DNA from: an uncultured Nocardioides sp.
GTDB lineage: Bacteria; Actinomycetota; Actinomycetes; Propionibacteriales; Nocardioidaceae
NCBI GenBank assembly: GCA_947488515.1
Contig: CANKZF010000002.1
Coordinates: forward strand, 406,294-470,293
Length of the DNA: 64,000 nt
Reading direction: 5' to 3'
A program made the translations under genes and the position numbers. The notes under the pieces were generated by a model. The model made no database searches. It was not told where the DNA came from and worked only from the letters and a program-made list of their open reading frames with translations. Below are positions 47,606 to 56,661 of this stretch, one piece after another. The number at the start of each line of letters is the position of its first letter. Within the stretch, counting starts at the first letter, position 1.

Positions 47606-48871
47606 ATGGACGACGCCTCCCTCTCCTGCGACACCCAGGACGCCGGCCCGGACGACGCCTGGCTCGACGCCGAGTGCCGGCGCCTGCTCGGCTTCGGCCG
47701 ACGCGTCGTGCACCCCCTGGGCGGTGCGGCGTGGCTCGACGACGACGGCGCGCCCGACCTCGACCGTCCGGTGCACACCTGGATCACGAGCCGCACAGTC
47801 CACGTCCACGGGATCGGCGCGCTGCTGGGCGTCGACGGGGCCGCCTCGACCGCCACGGGGGCCCTCGACGGCCTCCGCGGCGTGCTCCGCGACCCCGAGC
47901 ACGGCGGCTGGTTCGGCGAGGTCGGTCCGGACGGCGAGCCCGACGACGCCAAGTCCTGCTACGCCCACGCGTTCGTGATGCTCGCCGCCTCGACCGCCGT
48001 CGTCGCGGGCCTGCCGGGCGCCGACGACGTGCTCGCCGAGGCTACGCAGGTCTTCGAGGAGCACTTCTGGGACGACGACCTCGGCCGCGTCGTCGACGAG
48101 TGGGACCGGGCCTGGACCACCCCCGCGCCCTACCGCGGCCTCAACTCGACGATGCACTCGCTCGAGGCGATGCTCGCGGTCGGCGACGTCACCGGCGACG
48201 TCACCGGCGACGACGTCTGGCACCGGAGGGCGGCCCGGCTGGCCGGCCTGGTGCTCGAGCTCGCACCGTCGTACGACGGCCGGCTGCCCGAGCACTTCGG
48301 CCCGGACTGGTCGGTCGACCTCGAGCTCAACAGCCACCGGCCCGACGACCCGTTCAAGCCCTACGGCGCGACCGTCGGGCACGGCCTCGAGTGGTCGCGG
48401 CTGCTGCTCCACCTCGAGGCCACCCTGGGCGACGCGGCGCCCGCCGGACTGCTCGACACCTCGCGCCTGCTCTTCGACCGCGCGGTCGCCGACGGCTGGC
48501 ACGCCGACGGCGCGCCGGGCTTCGTCTACACGACGGACTGGCAGGGCCGACCCGTCGTGCGCCAGCGGATGCACTGGGTGGTCGCCGAGGGCATCTCGGC
48601 CGCCGCGGCGCTGCACCGCCGTACGGGCGAGGAGGGCTACGCCCGACGCTACGCCGAGTGGTGGGCCTACGCCCGCGACCACCTGATCGACCTCGAGCGC
48701 GGGTCGTGGCACCACGAGCTCGACGCCGCCAACCGGCCGCAAGCCAGCGTGTGGCCCGGCAAGCCCGACCTCTACCACGCGGTGCAGGCGACCCTCCTCC
48801 CGCGACTGCCCCTCGCCCCGAGTCTCGCCCGTGCGGTCGCGATGTCGGGCGGGCTCCGCGCACCGGCATGA
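47606..48871 (+). CDS. AGE-family (N-acylglucosamine 2-epimerase fold) sugar epimerase/isomerase
   Basis: 421 aa from ATG 47606 (MDDASLSC). (alpha/alpha)6-barrel signatures: YAHAFVMLA, NSTMHSLEAMLA, GHGLEWSRLLL, WHHELD. Confidence 0.7.
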   Translation: MDDASLSCDTQDAGPDDAWLDAECRRLLGFGRRVVHPLGGAAWLDDDGAPDLDRPVHTWITSRTVHVHGIGALLGVDGAASTATGALDGLRGVLRDPEHGGWFGEVGPDGEPDDAKSCYAHAFVMLAASTAVVAGLPGADDVLAEATQVFEEHFWDDDLGRVVDEWDRAWTTPAPYRGLNSTMHSLEAMLAVGDVTGDVTGDDVWHRRAARLAGLVLELAPSYDGRLPEHFGPDWSVDLELNSHRPDDPFKPYGATVGHGLEWSRLLLHLEATLGDAAPAGLLDTSRLLFDRAVADGWHADGAPGFVYTTDWQGRPVVRQRMHWVVAEGISAAAALHRRTGEEGYARRYAEWWAYARDHLIDLERGSWHHELDAANRPQASVWPGKPDLYHAVQATLLPRLPLAPSLARAVAMSGGLRAPA

Positions 48872-48878
48872 TGGGGGC

Positions 48879-49835
48879 ATGACCGACGCGCAGCCCCGGA
48901 TCCTCGTCGTCGGCGAGGCGCTCGTCGACGTGGTGCCCGGCCCCGACGGCACGACCCGCGACCACCCCGGCGGCAGCCCCGCCAACGTCGCGATCACCCT
49001 GGGCCGGCTCGGGCGCGACGTACGTCTCGTGACGCTCCTCGGCGACGACCCGCGTGGTGCCGCCGTGCGGGCGTGGCTGGAGGCCAGCGACGTCACCGTG
49101 CTCGCGGGTCCGACCGGCTCCGGCCGTACGTCGACCGCGGCGGTGACGCTCGACGAGTCGGGCGCCGCGACCTACGACTTCGACCTCGACTGGCACCTGC
49201 AGTCGGTGCCCGACGAGCCGTGCGACGTGCTCCACGTGGGCTCCATCGCGACGGTCCTCGACCCCGGCGCCGACACCGTGCTCGAGGCGTTCCGCACCCA
49301 CCGTGGGCGGGCGCTGCTCTCGCTCGACCCGAACGCGCGCCCGGCGATCACCCCGGACCGCACCGGCCCCGTCGCCCGCGTCGAGGAGCTCGTCGCGCTC
49401 GCCGACGTGGTCAAGGTCAGCGACGAGGACCTCCACTGGCTCCACCCCGACGACGACCCCGTCGCCACCGCCGCCCGCTGGGCCGAGGCCGGCCCCGGCC
49501 TGGTCGTCGTCACGCGCGGCGGTGCCGGCGCGGTCGCCGTACGCCCCGGTGGGACCGTGCTCGACGTGCCCGGCGTGCCGGTCGCCGTGGCCGACACCGT
49601 GGGCGCGGGTGACACCTTCAGCGGCGTGCTGGTCGATGCCCTGCTGGCTCGCGGCGTGCGCGGCGCGGGGGCAGCCGAGTCGCTCCGTGCGCTGACCGAC
49701 CGCGACCTGCTCGAGGTCGTCACCACCGCCGCCATCGGCGCGGCGATCAACGTCTCCCGGCCCGGGGCCGACCCGCCGACGCGCGCGGAGCTCTCCGCCG
49801 CGCTCGGCGTGGACCACGAAGCCGGGCAGGAGTGA
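48879..49835 (+). CDS. PfkB-family sugar kinase (fructokinase-like)
   Basis: MTDAQPRILVVGEALVDVV...GGSPANVA...DPNARP...DTVGAGDTF (PfkB signature). Confidence 0.85.
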   Translation: MTDAQPRILVVGEALVDVVPGPDGTTRDHPGGSPANVAITLGRLGRDVRLVTLLGDDPRGAAVRAWLEASDVTVLAGPTGSGRTSTAAVTLDESGAATYDFDLDWHLQSVPDEPCDVLHVGSIATVLDPGADTVLEAFRTHRGRALLSLDPNARPAITPDRTGPVARVEELVALADVVKVSDEDLHWLHPDDDPVATAARWAEAGPGLVVVTRGGAGAVAVRPGGTVLDVPGVPVAVADTVGAGDTFSGVLVDALLARGVRGAGAAESLRALTDRDLLEVVTTAAIGAAINVSRPGADPPTRAELSAALGVDHEAGQE

Positions 49836-51172
49836 CCGCGGAGCAGATCCACGACATCGGCAAGCGGAGGGCCTGGGTCATCTGGGTCGTCTCGCTCGCC
49901 GTCTACGTGCTGGCGGTCTTCAACCGCAGCTCGCTCGGTGTCGCGGGGATCATCGCGTCCGACCGGTTCCACATCAGCGCCACCAGCCTGGCGACGTTCA
50001 CCGTGCTGCAGCTCGCCGTGTACGCCGGCATGCAGGTGCCGGTCGGGGTGCTGCTCGACCGCTACGGCTCGCGCGCCATGCTGCTGGCCGGCCTGGTGCT
50101 GATGAGTGCGGGCCAGCTGGCCTTCGCCTTCACGACCTCCTTCGGCGGGGCCGTCGCGGCGCGCGCCGTCGTGGGCGCGGGCGACGCGATGATCTTCGTG
50201 AGCGTGATCCGGCTCGTCACGATCTGGTTCCTGGTGCGGCAGGCGCCGATGGTCACCCAGCTCACCGGCCTGACCGGGCAGCTCGGCGCGATCGCCGCGG
50301 CCGGCCCGCTGTCGTACCTCCTCCACGAGCTGGGCTGGACGCGCACGTTCGCGCTGGCCTCCAGCCTCGGCCTCGTGCTGCTCGTCGCCGTCGTCGCGCT
50401 CGTCAAGGACTCGCCCTACCGGCGCGACGCGGTCGTCGCGATCAAGCTCCGGGCGCTCGCCCAGTCGGTCCGCACGGTGTGGGGCAACCCCGGCACGCGG
50501 CTGGGGATGTGGTCCCACTTCTCCTCCCAGTTCTCCGTCACCGTCTTCACGCTGCTGTGGGGCTACCCGTTCCTGGTGCAGGGCCTGGGTTGGTCCTCCG
50601 CCGAGGCGAGCACGCTGCTGATGGCGATGACCGCGTGGGCCGTGGTGAGCGGGCTGGTGCTGGCGCGGCTGGTGGGCCGGCTGCCCTACTACCGCTCCTG
50701 GATCGTGGTCGGCGTCGTGCTGATGATGGTCGTGCCGTGGACCGTGGTGCTGCTCTGGCCCGGCGCCGCGCCGACGTGGCTGGTGGTCGTCATGGCGTTC
50801 GCGACGGCCAGCGGCGGACCGGCGTCGATGGTCGGCTTCGACCTGGCCCGCTCGTTCACACCCCCGCACGAGACGGGCCGCGCCAACGGGCTCGTCAACA
50901 TCGGCGGCTTCACCGCGTCGCTGCTGACGATGGCCCTGATCGGCGTCGTCCTCGACCTGTCGTCCTCCGGTGGCATGGAGTCCTACACGCTCGGTGACTT
51001 CAAGCTCGCGATGTCCGTGCAGTACGTCTTCTGGACGCTCGGCGTCGTGCAGACCCTCCGCTACCGCCGCCGCGGGCTGGCCCACCTCGCTCGCGTCCAC
51101 CCCGGGTCGGTCGAGCAGATGCGGGCCGGCCACCCGTTCGTCCACCCGGGGATCGGCACGGAGGGCGTCTAG
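49832..51172 (+). CDS. MFS transporter
   Basis: 446-aa protein with about 12 TM segments. Overlaps the kinase stop by 4 nt. Confidence 0.8.
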   Translation: MTAEQIHDIGKRRAWVIWVVSLAVYVLAVFNRSSLGVAGIIASDRFHISATSLATFTVLQLAVYAGMQVPVGVLLDRYGSRAMLLAGLVLMSAGQLAFAFTTSFGGAVAARAVVGAGDAMIFVSVIRLVTIWFLVRQAPMVTQLTGLTGQLGAIAAAGPLSYLLHELGWTRTFALASSLGLVLLVAVVALVKDSPYRRDAVVAIKLRALAQSVRTVWGNPGTRLGMWSHFSSQFSVTVFTLLWGYPFLVQGLGWSSAEASTLLMAMTAWAVVSGLVLARLVGRLPYYRSWIVVGVVLMMVVPWTVVLLWPGAAPTWLVVVMAFATASGGPASMVGFDLARSFTPPHETGRANGLVNIGGFTASLLTMALIGVVLDLSSSGGMESYTLGDFKLAMSVQYVFWTLGVVQTLRYRRRGLAHLARVHPGSVEQMRAGHPFVHPGIGTEGV

Positions 51173-51429
51173 CCCTGGGCCAGCGGGTCCTTCGGGAGGT
51201 CCTGCGGGTCGACGACCGCGGGGTCGACGAACTGGTGCGCGTCGCCCATGAACGTGTGGACGAAGCCGCAGCGGATGCAGATCACGCCCTCCGCCGAGCG
51301 GTTCAACCAGTCGAGGTCGAAGAACGTCATCCCGGTCGTCGTCATCTTCACCTCGCGCCGCGCGAACACCAGCCCCTCGCAGACGTGGCAGGCGAGGAAG
51401 GACTGGGTCGGCCGGATGAAGACGTGCAC
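51169..51429 (-). CDS. Small CxxC...CxxC zinc-ribbon protein
   Basis: VHVFIRPTQSFLACHVCEGLVFARREVKMTTTGMTFFDLDWLNRSAEGVICIRCGFVHTF. The start at GTG 51429 is uncertain, since an upstream in-frame ATG also exists. Confidence 0.55.
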   Translation of the reverse strand: MHVFIRPTQSFLACHVCEGLVFARREVKMTTTGMTFFDLDWLNRSAEGVICIRCGFVHTFMGDAHQFVDPAVVDPQDLPKDPLAQG

Positions 51430-51550
51430 GGGACGAACGTAGCGGCGCGACGGACCGGAGGGGCCACCACCGCCGCACGTTTGCGGCATGTCGCCCTCCG
51501 GAGTCGCCGCGCGATCCCCGGCTGACCGGGGATTCCTGGCCGCGCAGGGA

Positions 51551-52231
51551 TCAGCCGATCTCGCCGTCCCCGTCGGGGTCGAGGTCGCCGGTGGGGTCCT
51601 CGGCGGTCGGGTCCTCGAGGAAGTCACCGCCGACGGGGTGGCCCTGCCAGGACACCATCTCCCAGCCGGAGTCGTGGTCGCCCTCGAGCACGACGAGCGC
51701 GGTGTTGTGGAGCGGCTGGGTCGCGGGCGGCGCGTCGGGGTGGGGTGTCATCCGGGTCGAGACCCAGGTGCGGAGCGCGGCCCCGTGGCTGACGACCAAC
51801 GCGGCGTCGTGGCCCGCCTCGACGATGGTGCGGACGGCCGCGTCGTAGCGGGCGAGGAACTCCTCGCCGGTCTCGCCGCCGGGCATCCGATGGGAGAGGT
51901 CGCCCTCGAGCCAGGTGGCGACGGCGCCGATGTAGCCGGCGACCGCGTCGTGGTCGCTGCGCATCTCGAAGTCACCGGCGTCGATCTCCTGCAACCCGTC
52001 GAGCTGGACCGGCGCGATGCCGCGGTCCTCGGCGGTGGGTGCGGCGGTCTGGTGGGTACGCACGCGGCTGGAGACGTAGATCGCGTCGAGCCGTTCGCCG
52101 GCGATCGCCTTCGCGGCCGCCGCGGCCTGGGCGCGACCGAGGTCGGTGAGGTCGAGCCCGGGGTGGGCGGTGTCGAGCTCGCCGGAGACGTTGGCGTGGG
52201 TCTGGCCGTGGCGCATGAGCAGGAGTCGCAA
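51551..52231 (-). CDS. Histidine phosphatase family protein (phosphoglycerate mutase-like)
   Basis: TTG 52231 gives RLLLMRHGQTHANV (RHG motif), and later VVSHGAALR. Confidence 0.8.
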   Translation of the reverse strand: MRLLLMRHGQTHANVSGELDTAHPGLDLTDLGRAQAAAAAKAIAGERLDAIYVSSRVRTHQTAAPTAEDRGIAPVQLDGLQEIDAGDFEMRSDHDAVAGYIGAVATWLEGDLSHRMPGGETGEEFLARYDAAVRTIVEAGHDAALVVSHGAALRTWVSTRMTPHPDAPPATQPLHNTALVVLEGDHDSGWEMVSWQGHPVGGDFLEDPTAEDPTGDLDPDGDGEIG

Positions 52232-52263
52232 GGAGGGTCCTCTGAGCAGGGGCTGGTCGCTGG

Positions 52264-53169
52264 CTAGTCGTTGAACGGGGACGTCTTGCTGGAGGCGAGC
52301 TCGCGGGCCTGCTCCAGCGGCACGCCCTCCAGCGCCTCGGCGATGTCGGAGCCGACGTGGCTCACCTCGGTGCCGCGCTCGAGCAGCACCTGGGTGTGCA
52401 CGAGGCGGTCGTCGTAGGTGTGCACCATCGTGAAGCCCTGGCCGGCGTCGACGCCCGACACGAAGCGGTCCACCGGCGCCGGGTCGATGGTGTAGCAGCT
52501 GGCCGCGGTCACCGAGACCGGTACGCCGGCGAAGGTCGACCACGTCGGCAGGTGGAGGTGCCCGGCCAGGATGCCGCGCACGTCTGTGCCGGTGATCACC
52601 TCGGCGAGCGCCTGCTGGTCGTGCAGCTCGATGAGCTCGGCGGCTCGGATCATCGGCAGCGGGAGCGGCGGGTGGTGCATCGCCAGCAGCGTGCCGTGCT
52701 CGGCAGGCGTGGCGAGCACGTCGGCCAGCCACGCCAGCTGCTCGGGGAGCAGCTCACCGTGGTGGTAGCCCGGCACGCTGGTGTCGAGGGCGACGATCCG
52801 CAGACCGTCGACCTCGTGCACCCGGTCCTGGCAGCCCGCGTCGTCGGAGTCGAAGAGGGCCTTCGCGAAGGGTGCGCGCTCGTCGTGGTTGCCCATCGTC
52901 CAGACCAGCGTCGCGCCGATCCCGGCGGCGAAGGGCTCGACGATCGATCGGAGCCGGTCGTAGGCGTCGGGCTCGGCCCGGTCGGCGAGGTCGCCGGTGA
53001 AGACGATCGCCTGCGGTGCCGGTTGCACGGCCGCCAGCCGGTCGAGCGTCCGGCGCAGGTTGGCGTCGTTGTCGATGACGCCGTAGTGGAGGCCGCCGCC
53101 TCCGATGAGGTGCGGGTCGCTGAGGTGCGCGACGACGTGCCGCGGGGCGGCGTACTGGCCGAGCTGCAT
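52264..53169 (-). CDS. Metallophosphoesterase, class III cyclic-nucleotide phosphodiesterase-like
   Basis: MQLGQY...VAHLSDPHL, TGDLAD, MGNHD, MHHPP, GHLH motifs in canonical order. Confidence 0.8.
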   Translation of the reverse strand: MQLGQYAAPRHVVAHLSDPHLIGGGGLHYGVIDNDANLRRTLDRLAAVQPAPQAIVFTGDLADRAEPDAYDRLRSIVEPFAAGIGATLVWTMGNHDERAPFAKALFDSDDAGCQDRVHEVDGLRIVALDTSVPGYHHGELLPEQLAWLADVLATPAEHGTLLAMHHPPLPLPMIRAAELIELHDQQALAEVITGTDVRGILAGHLHLPTWSTFAGVPVSVTAASCYTIDPAPVDRFVSGVDAGQGFTMVHTYDDRLVHTQVLLERGTEVSHVGSDIAEALEGVPLEQARELASSKTSPFND

Positions 53170-53222
53170 CACGGTGAGCAGCCTAGGACCCGGACGGGCG
53201 TGCCGGGAGCCCCAGCCGTGCG

Positions 53223-54449
53223 TCAGCGCGCGGGCAGGATCCGACCGGTGACCTCGCCGAGGGTGATGCGGCCGCCGCCCGTGCTGGGCGCGGAGTAGCG
53301 CAGCGTCACCTCGTCGCCGTCCTCGAGGAACGTGCGCTCGCGCCCGCCGGCCGTGAACGGCTCCTTGCCGCCCCAGCTCAGCTCGAGCAGCGAGCCGCGC
53401 TGGTCCGGCTCCGGGCCCGAGATCGTGCCGGAGGCCCACAGGTCACCGGTGCGCAGGCCGGCGCCGTTGACGGTGGTGTGGGCCAGCATCTGCGCCGGCG
53501 ACCAGTACATGTCGCGGTAGGGCGGACGGGCGACGACCTCGCCGCCGAGCACCACCTCCACCTCGATGTCGAGGCCGGCGGGCCCGTCGACGCGGAGGTA
53601 GTCGAGCACCGGCGGGTCGTCCTGGCCGGGCAGGTCGGTCCAGGCGGCCTCGAGTGCCGCCAGCGGGGTGACCCAGGCGCTGATCGAGGTCGCGAACGAC
53701 TTGCCGAGGAACGGCCCGAGCGGGACGTACTCCCAGGCCTGGATGTCACGCGCCGACCAGTCGTTGAGGCCCACGACACCGAAGGTGTGCCGCGCGAAGT
53801 CCGCCGTGGGCACCCGCTCGCCCATCGCGGACGGAACGCCGACCACGAAGCCGAGCTCGGCCTCGATGTCGAGGCGCTGCGACGGGCCGTAGGTCGGGAG
53901 GTCGTCCGTCGGTGCCTTGCGCTGCCCGCACGGGCGTACGACGTCGGTGCCCGACACGACCACCGTGCCGGAGCGGCCGTGGTAGCCCACCGGGAGGTTC
54001 TTCCAGTTGGGCAGCAGGGGCTCGGAGTCGGGCCGGAACATCCGGCCGACGTTGGAGGCGTGGTGCTCGGAGGCGTAGAAGTCGACGTAGTCGCCCACGG
54101 CGAACGGCAGCAGCATCGTCACCGAGTCCACCGGCGCGAGCGCGGGCTCGACGAGGTCGCGCTCGGTCTGGTCGGTGAGCAGGCCCGCGACCCACGCCCG
54201 GGTGGACTCCCAGACGGCCGGGCCGGCCGCCATGAACGGGTTGAGGGTGGGCTGGTCGAACAGCTCGTGCGTGTCGACCATGTCGGCGGCCGCGACGACG
54301 CTCAGGTCGAGCACCTGGTCGCCGATCCGCACCGCGACCCGCGGCCGTTCGCCGGAGCGCGCGAAGACGCCGTAGGGCAGGTGGTCGACGTCGAACCCGG
54401 AGCCCGCGGCTTCCTCGACCCAGCTGGTGCGGCTCTTCGGGGTGGTCAT
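53223..54449 (-). CDS. fahA: Fumarylacetoacetase
   Basis: 408 aa from ATG 54449. HLPYGVF, DFYASEHHA, GYHGRSGTVVVSG, ELGFVVG, NDWSARDIQAWEY. Confidence 0.9.
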   Translation of the reverse strand: MTTPKSRTSWVEEAAGSGFDVDHLPYGVFARSGERPRVAVRIGDQVLDLSVVAAADMVDTHELFDQPTLNPFMAAGPAVWESTRAWVAGLLTDQTERDLVEPALAPVDSVTMLLPFAVGDYVDFYASEHHASNVGRMFRPDSEPLLPNWKNLPVGYHGRSGTVVVSGTDVVRPCGQRKAPTDDLPTYGPSQRLDIEAELGFVVGVPSAMGERVPTADFARHTFGVVGLNDWSARDIQAWEYVPLGPFLGKSFATSISAWVTPLAALEAAWTDLPGQDDPPVLDYLRVDGPAGLDIEVEVVLGGEVVARPPYRDMYWSPAQMLAHTTVNGAGLRTGDLWASGTISGPEPDQRGSLLELSWGGKEPFTAGGRERTFLEDGDEVTLRYSAPSTGGGRITLGEVTGRILPAR

Positions 54450-55309
54450 GCGGGGTCCTCCACGAGTCCGAGGGCGATCAGGTCGTCGAGCGGCTCCGTG
54501 ACCGAGCACGAGCCGAACGAGGTGAACCAGCGACGCGCGGCGGCGACGCCGCCGTCGGCGAGGCCGGCCGAGAGTGCGGCGCCGTCGCGCTGCTCGAGCT
54601 GCGCGGTCGCGTCGTCGACCGAGCCGCCGTCCCACAGCGTCCTCGTCGCGGCCAGCACGTTGAGGAAGCCGTGCACGCCCCCGCCCTCGGGGTCGTGGCG
54701 GACGGCGCGGTGCAGCCCGGCCGTGGCCTTGAAGCGGGTCTCGCGGTCGAGTGCGGCGTCGATCCAGGCGGCGACGGTCGCGGAGTCGGGGACCAGGTCG
54801 TGGTCGACGTTGCCGAGGCGCAGCTTGAGGCGGTGCCCGCAGGCCGCGACCTCGTCGGCGGCGCTGAGCCAGGTGGCGGTGGCGGGCCCGGGCAGCTCGA
54901 TGAAGAGGGGTACGTCGACCTCGGCCGCGCGCAGCGCGGCGTCGATGCGGCGGACGTTGCCCACCGGGTCGTCGACGTCGCGGACGGCGATCTCGACGGC
55001 CGCCACCTGCAGCCCGAGCCGGGTGGCCACGCCGAGCGGTCCGGCGAGCTGGCCGGCTCCGCCGGTGACCACGGCCGACAGCGGCGCACCGAACCCGCGG
55101 ACGAGCGGCAGGTCGGTGTCGCGGAGCACGAAGCTGCCCACGAGGTCGGCCCACCACTCGCCACGGCGCCCGGTGTGGGCGGTGGTGGCGTCGTGGAGGG
55201 GCGCGTCGCCCGGCGGGAAGATCGCGGCGTCGTCGACGAGGCCGCGCCACTCCTCTGGCCAGGTGGAGGCCCGCGGTGCGGGATCGACAGGTGCGTGACG
55301 GGAGACCAC
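54446..55309 (-). CDS. Uncharacterised protein co-transcribed with fahA
   Basis: 287-aa ORF with normal amino-acid composition. Its stop overlaps the fahA start (ATGA-type 4-nt overlap). Divergent from hmgA. I recognise no family. Confidence 0.6.
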   Translation of the reverse strand: MVSRHAPVDPAPRASTWPEEWRGLVDDAAIFPPGDAPLHDATTAHTGRRGEWWADLVGSFVLRDTDLPLVRGFGAPLSAVVTGGAGQLAGPLGVATRLGLQVAAVEIAVRDVDDPVGNVRRIDAALRAAEVDVPLFIELPGPATATWLSAADEVAACGHRLKLRLGNVDHDLVPDSATVAAWIDAALDRETRFKATAGLHRAVRHDPEGGGVHGFLNVLAATRTLWDGGSVDDATAQLEQRDGAALSAGLADGGVAAARRWFTSFGSCSVTEPLDDLIALGLVEDPA

Positions 55310-55345
55310 GGGGTTACTCTACCCACCAGATAGCGGACGTTTGTG

Positions 55346-55358
55346 TCCGATAATCGGA
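55346..55358. promoter_or_regulatory. AT-rich palindrome in the hmgA/fahA divergent promoter region
   Basis: TCCGATAATCGGA, a perfect 6-1-6 palindrome in the 67-bp intergenic region. Confidence 0.35.
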
Positions 55359-55376
55359 TGATTGGATCGCACCCCG

Positions 55377-56609
55377 ATGGCCCACTACCGCGCACTCGGC
55401 CGGTTGCCCCGGCAGCGCCACACCCAGCTCCGCGACGACGACGGCCACCTCTTCCGCGAGGAGCTGATGGGGGAGGAGGGCTTCTCGTCCGACTCCTCGC
55501 TGCTCTACCGCCGGGGTGTGCCGAGCGCGATCACCGACAGCCGGGTGTGGGAGCTGCCCGACCAGTCGCGCACGCCCAACCACCCGCTCAAGCCGCGCCA
55601 CCTCAAGCTCCACGACCTGGAGACGGGGACGTGCCCCGTCGAGGGCCGTCGGCTGGTCCTCGGAAACAACGACGTCCGCATCACGTACGTCGTCACGGGC
55701 ACCGACCCCTCGCCGCTCTACCGCAACGCCATCGGTGACGAGTGCGTCTTCGTCGAGTCCGGCACCGGGGTCGTCGAGACCGTCTTCGGCGTCGTGCCCT
55801 ACCGCGCCGGCGACTACGTGCTCGTCCCGCGCGCGACCGACCACCGCTGGGTGCCGGCCGAGCCGTCGCGGCTCTACGCGATCGAGGCGAACAGCCACAT
55901 CCACCCGCCCAAGCGCTACCTCTCGCGCTTCGGCCAGCTCCTCGAGCACGCGCCCTACTGCGAGCGGGACCTCCACGGTCCTGCCGACACCTTCCAGGCC
56001 GAGGGCACCGACGTCGAGGTCCTGGTCAAGCACCGCACCAGCGCGGGCATCGTGGGCACGCGACTGACCTACGCGACGCACCCCTTCGACGTGGTCGGCT
56101 GGGACGGCTGCCTCTACCCCTACACGTTCAACATCGAGGACTACATGCCGATCACCGGCAAGGTCCACCAGCCCCCGCCGGTGCACCAGGTCTTCGAGGG
56201 CTGGAACTTCGTGATCTGCAACTTCCTGCCCCGCAAGGTCGACTACCACGACCTCGCCATCCCGGTGCCCTACTACCACTCCAACGTCGACTCCGACGAG
56301 GTCATGTTCTACGTCGGCGGCGACTACGAGGCCCGCAAGGGCTCGGGGATCGGCATCGGCTCGATCAGCCTGCACCCCGGCGGCCACGCGCACGGTCCGC
56401 AGCCCAGCGCGATCGAGGCCAGCCTGGGGGTCCAGTACTTCGACGAGTCGGCCGTCATGGTCGACACGTTCGCCCCGCTCGAGCTGGGCGAGGGCGGCCT
56501 CGCCGTCGAGGACCCGGCGTACGCCTGGACCTGGGCCGGGCGCGGCCCCAGTCCCGCGGGTGGTGCGGCCGGCGACGACGGCGGCCCGGCGGTCTACAGC
56601 AACAGCTGA
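55377..56609 (+). CDS. hmgA: Homogentisate 1,2-dioxygenase
   Basis: [17 protein letters not shown]...[13 protein letters not shown]...[17 protein letters not shown]...[11 protein letters not shown]. Confidence 0.85.
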   Translation: MAHYRALGRLPRQRHTQLRDDDGHLFREELMGEEGFSSDSSLLYRRGVPSAITDSRVWELPDQSRTPNHPLKPRHLKLHDLETGTCPVEGRRLVLGNNDVRITYVVTGTDPSPLYRNAIGDECVFVESGTGVVETVFGVVPYRAGDYVLVPRATDHRWVPAEPSRLYAIEANSHIHPPKRYLSRFGQLLEHAPYCERDLHGPADTFQAEGTDVEVLVKHRTSAGIVGTRLTYATHPFDVVGWDGCLYPYTFNIEDYMPITGKVHQPPPVHQVFEGWNFVICNFLPRKVDYHDLAIPVPYYHSNVDSDEVMFYVGGDYEARKGSGIGIGSISLHPGGHAHGPQPSAIEASLGVQYFDESAVMVDTFAPLELGEGGLAVEDPAYAWTWAGRGPSPAGGAAGDDGGPAVYSNS

Positions 56610-56661
56610 GGCCGCCGCCGGCTCCGGACCACTCCTTCGGGTGATCGTTAGCGTGGCGAGC

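Noticed and set aside
47441-51172. tRNA-Tyr as an integration site for a genomic island carrying the sugar operon
   Set aside because: There is no integrase or recombinase gene. On visual scan I found no direct repeat of the tRNA 3' end downstream. The downstream genes have host-like composition.
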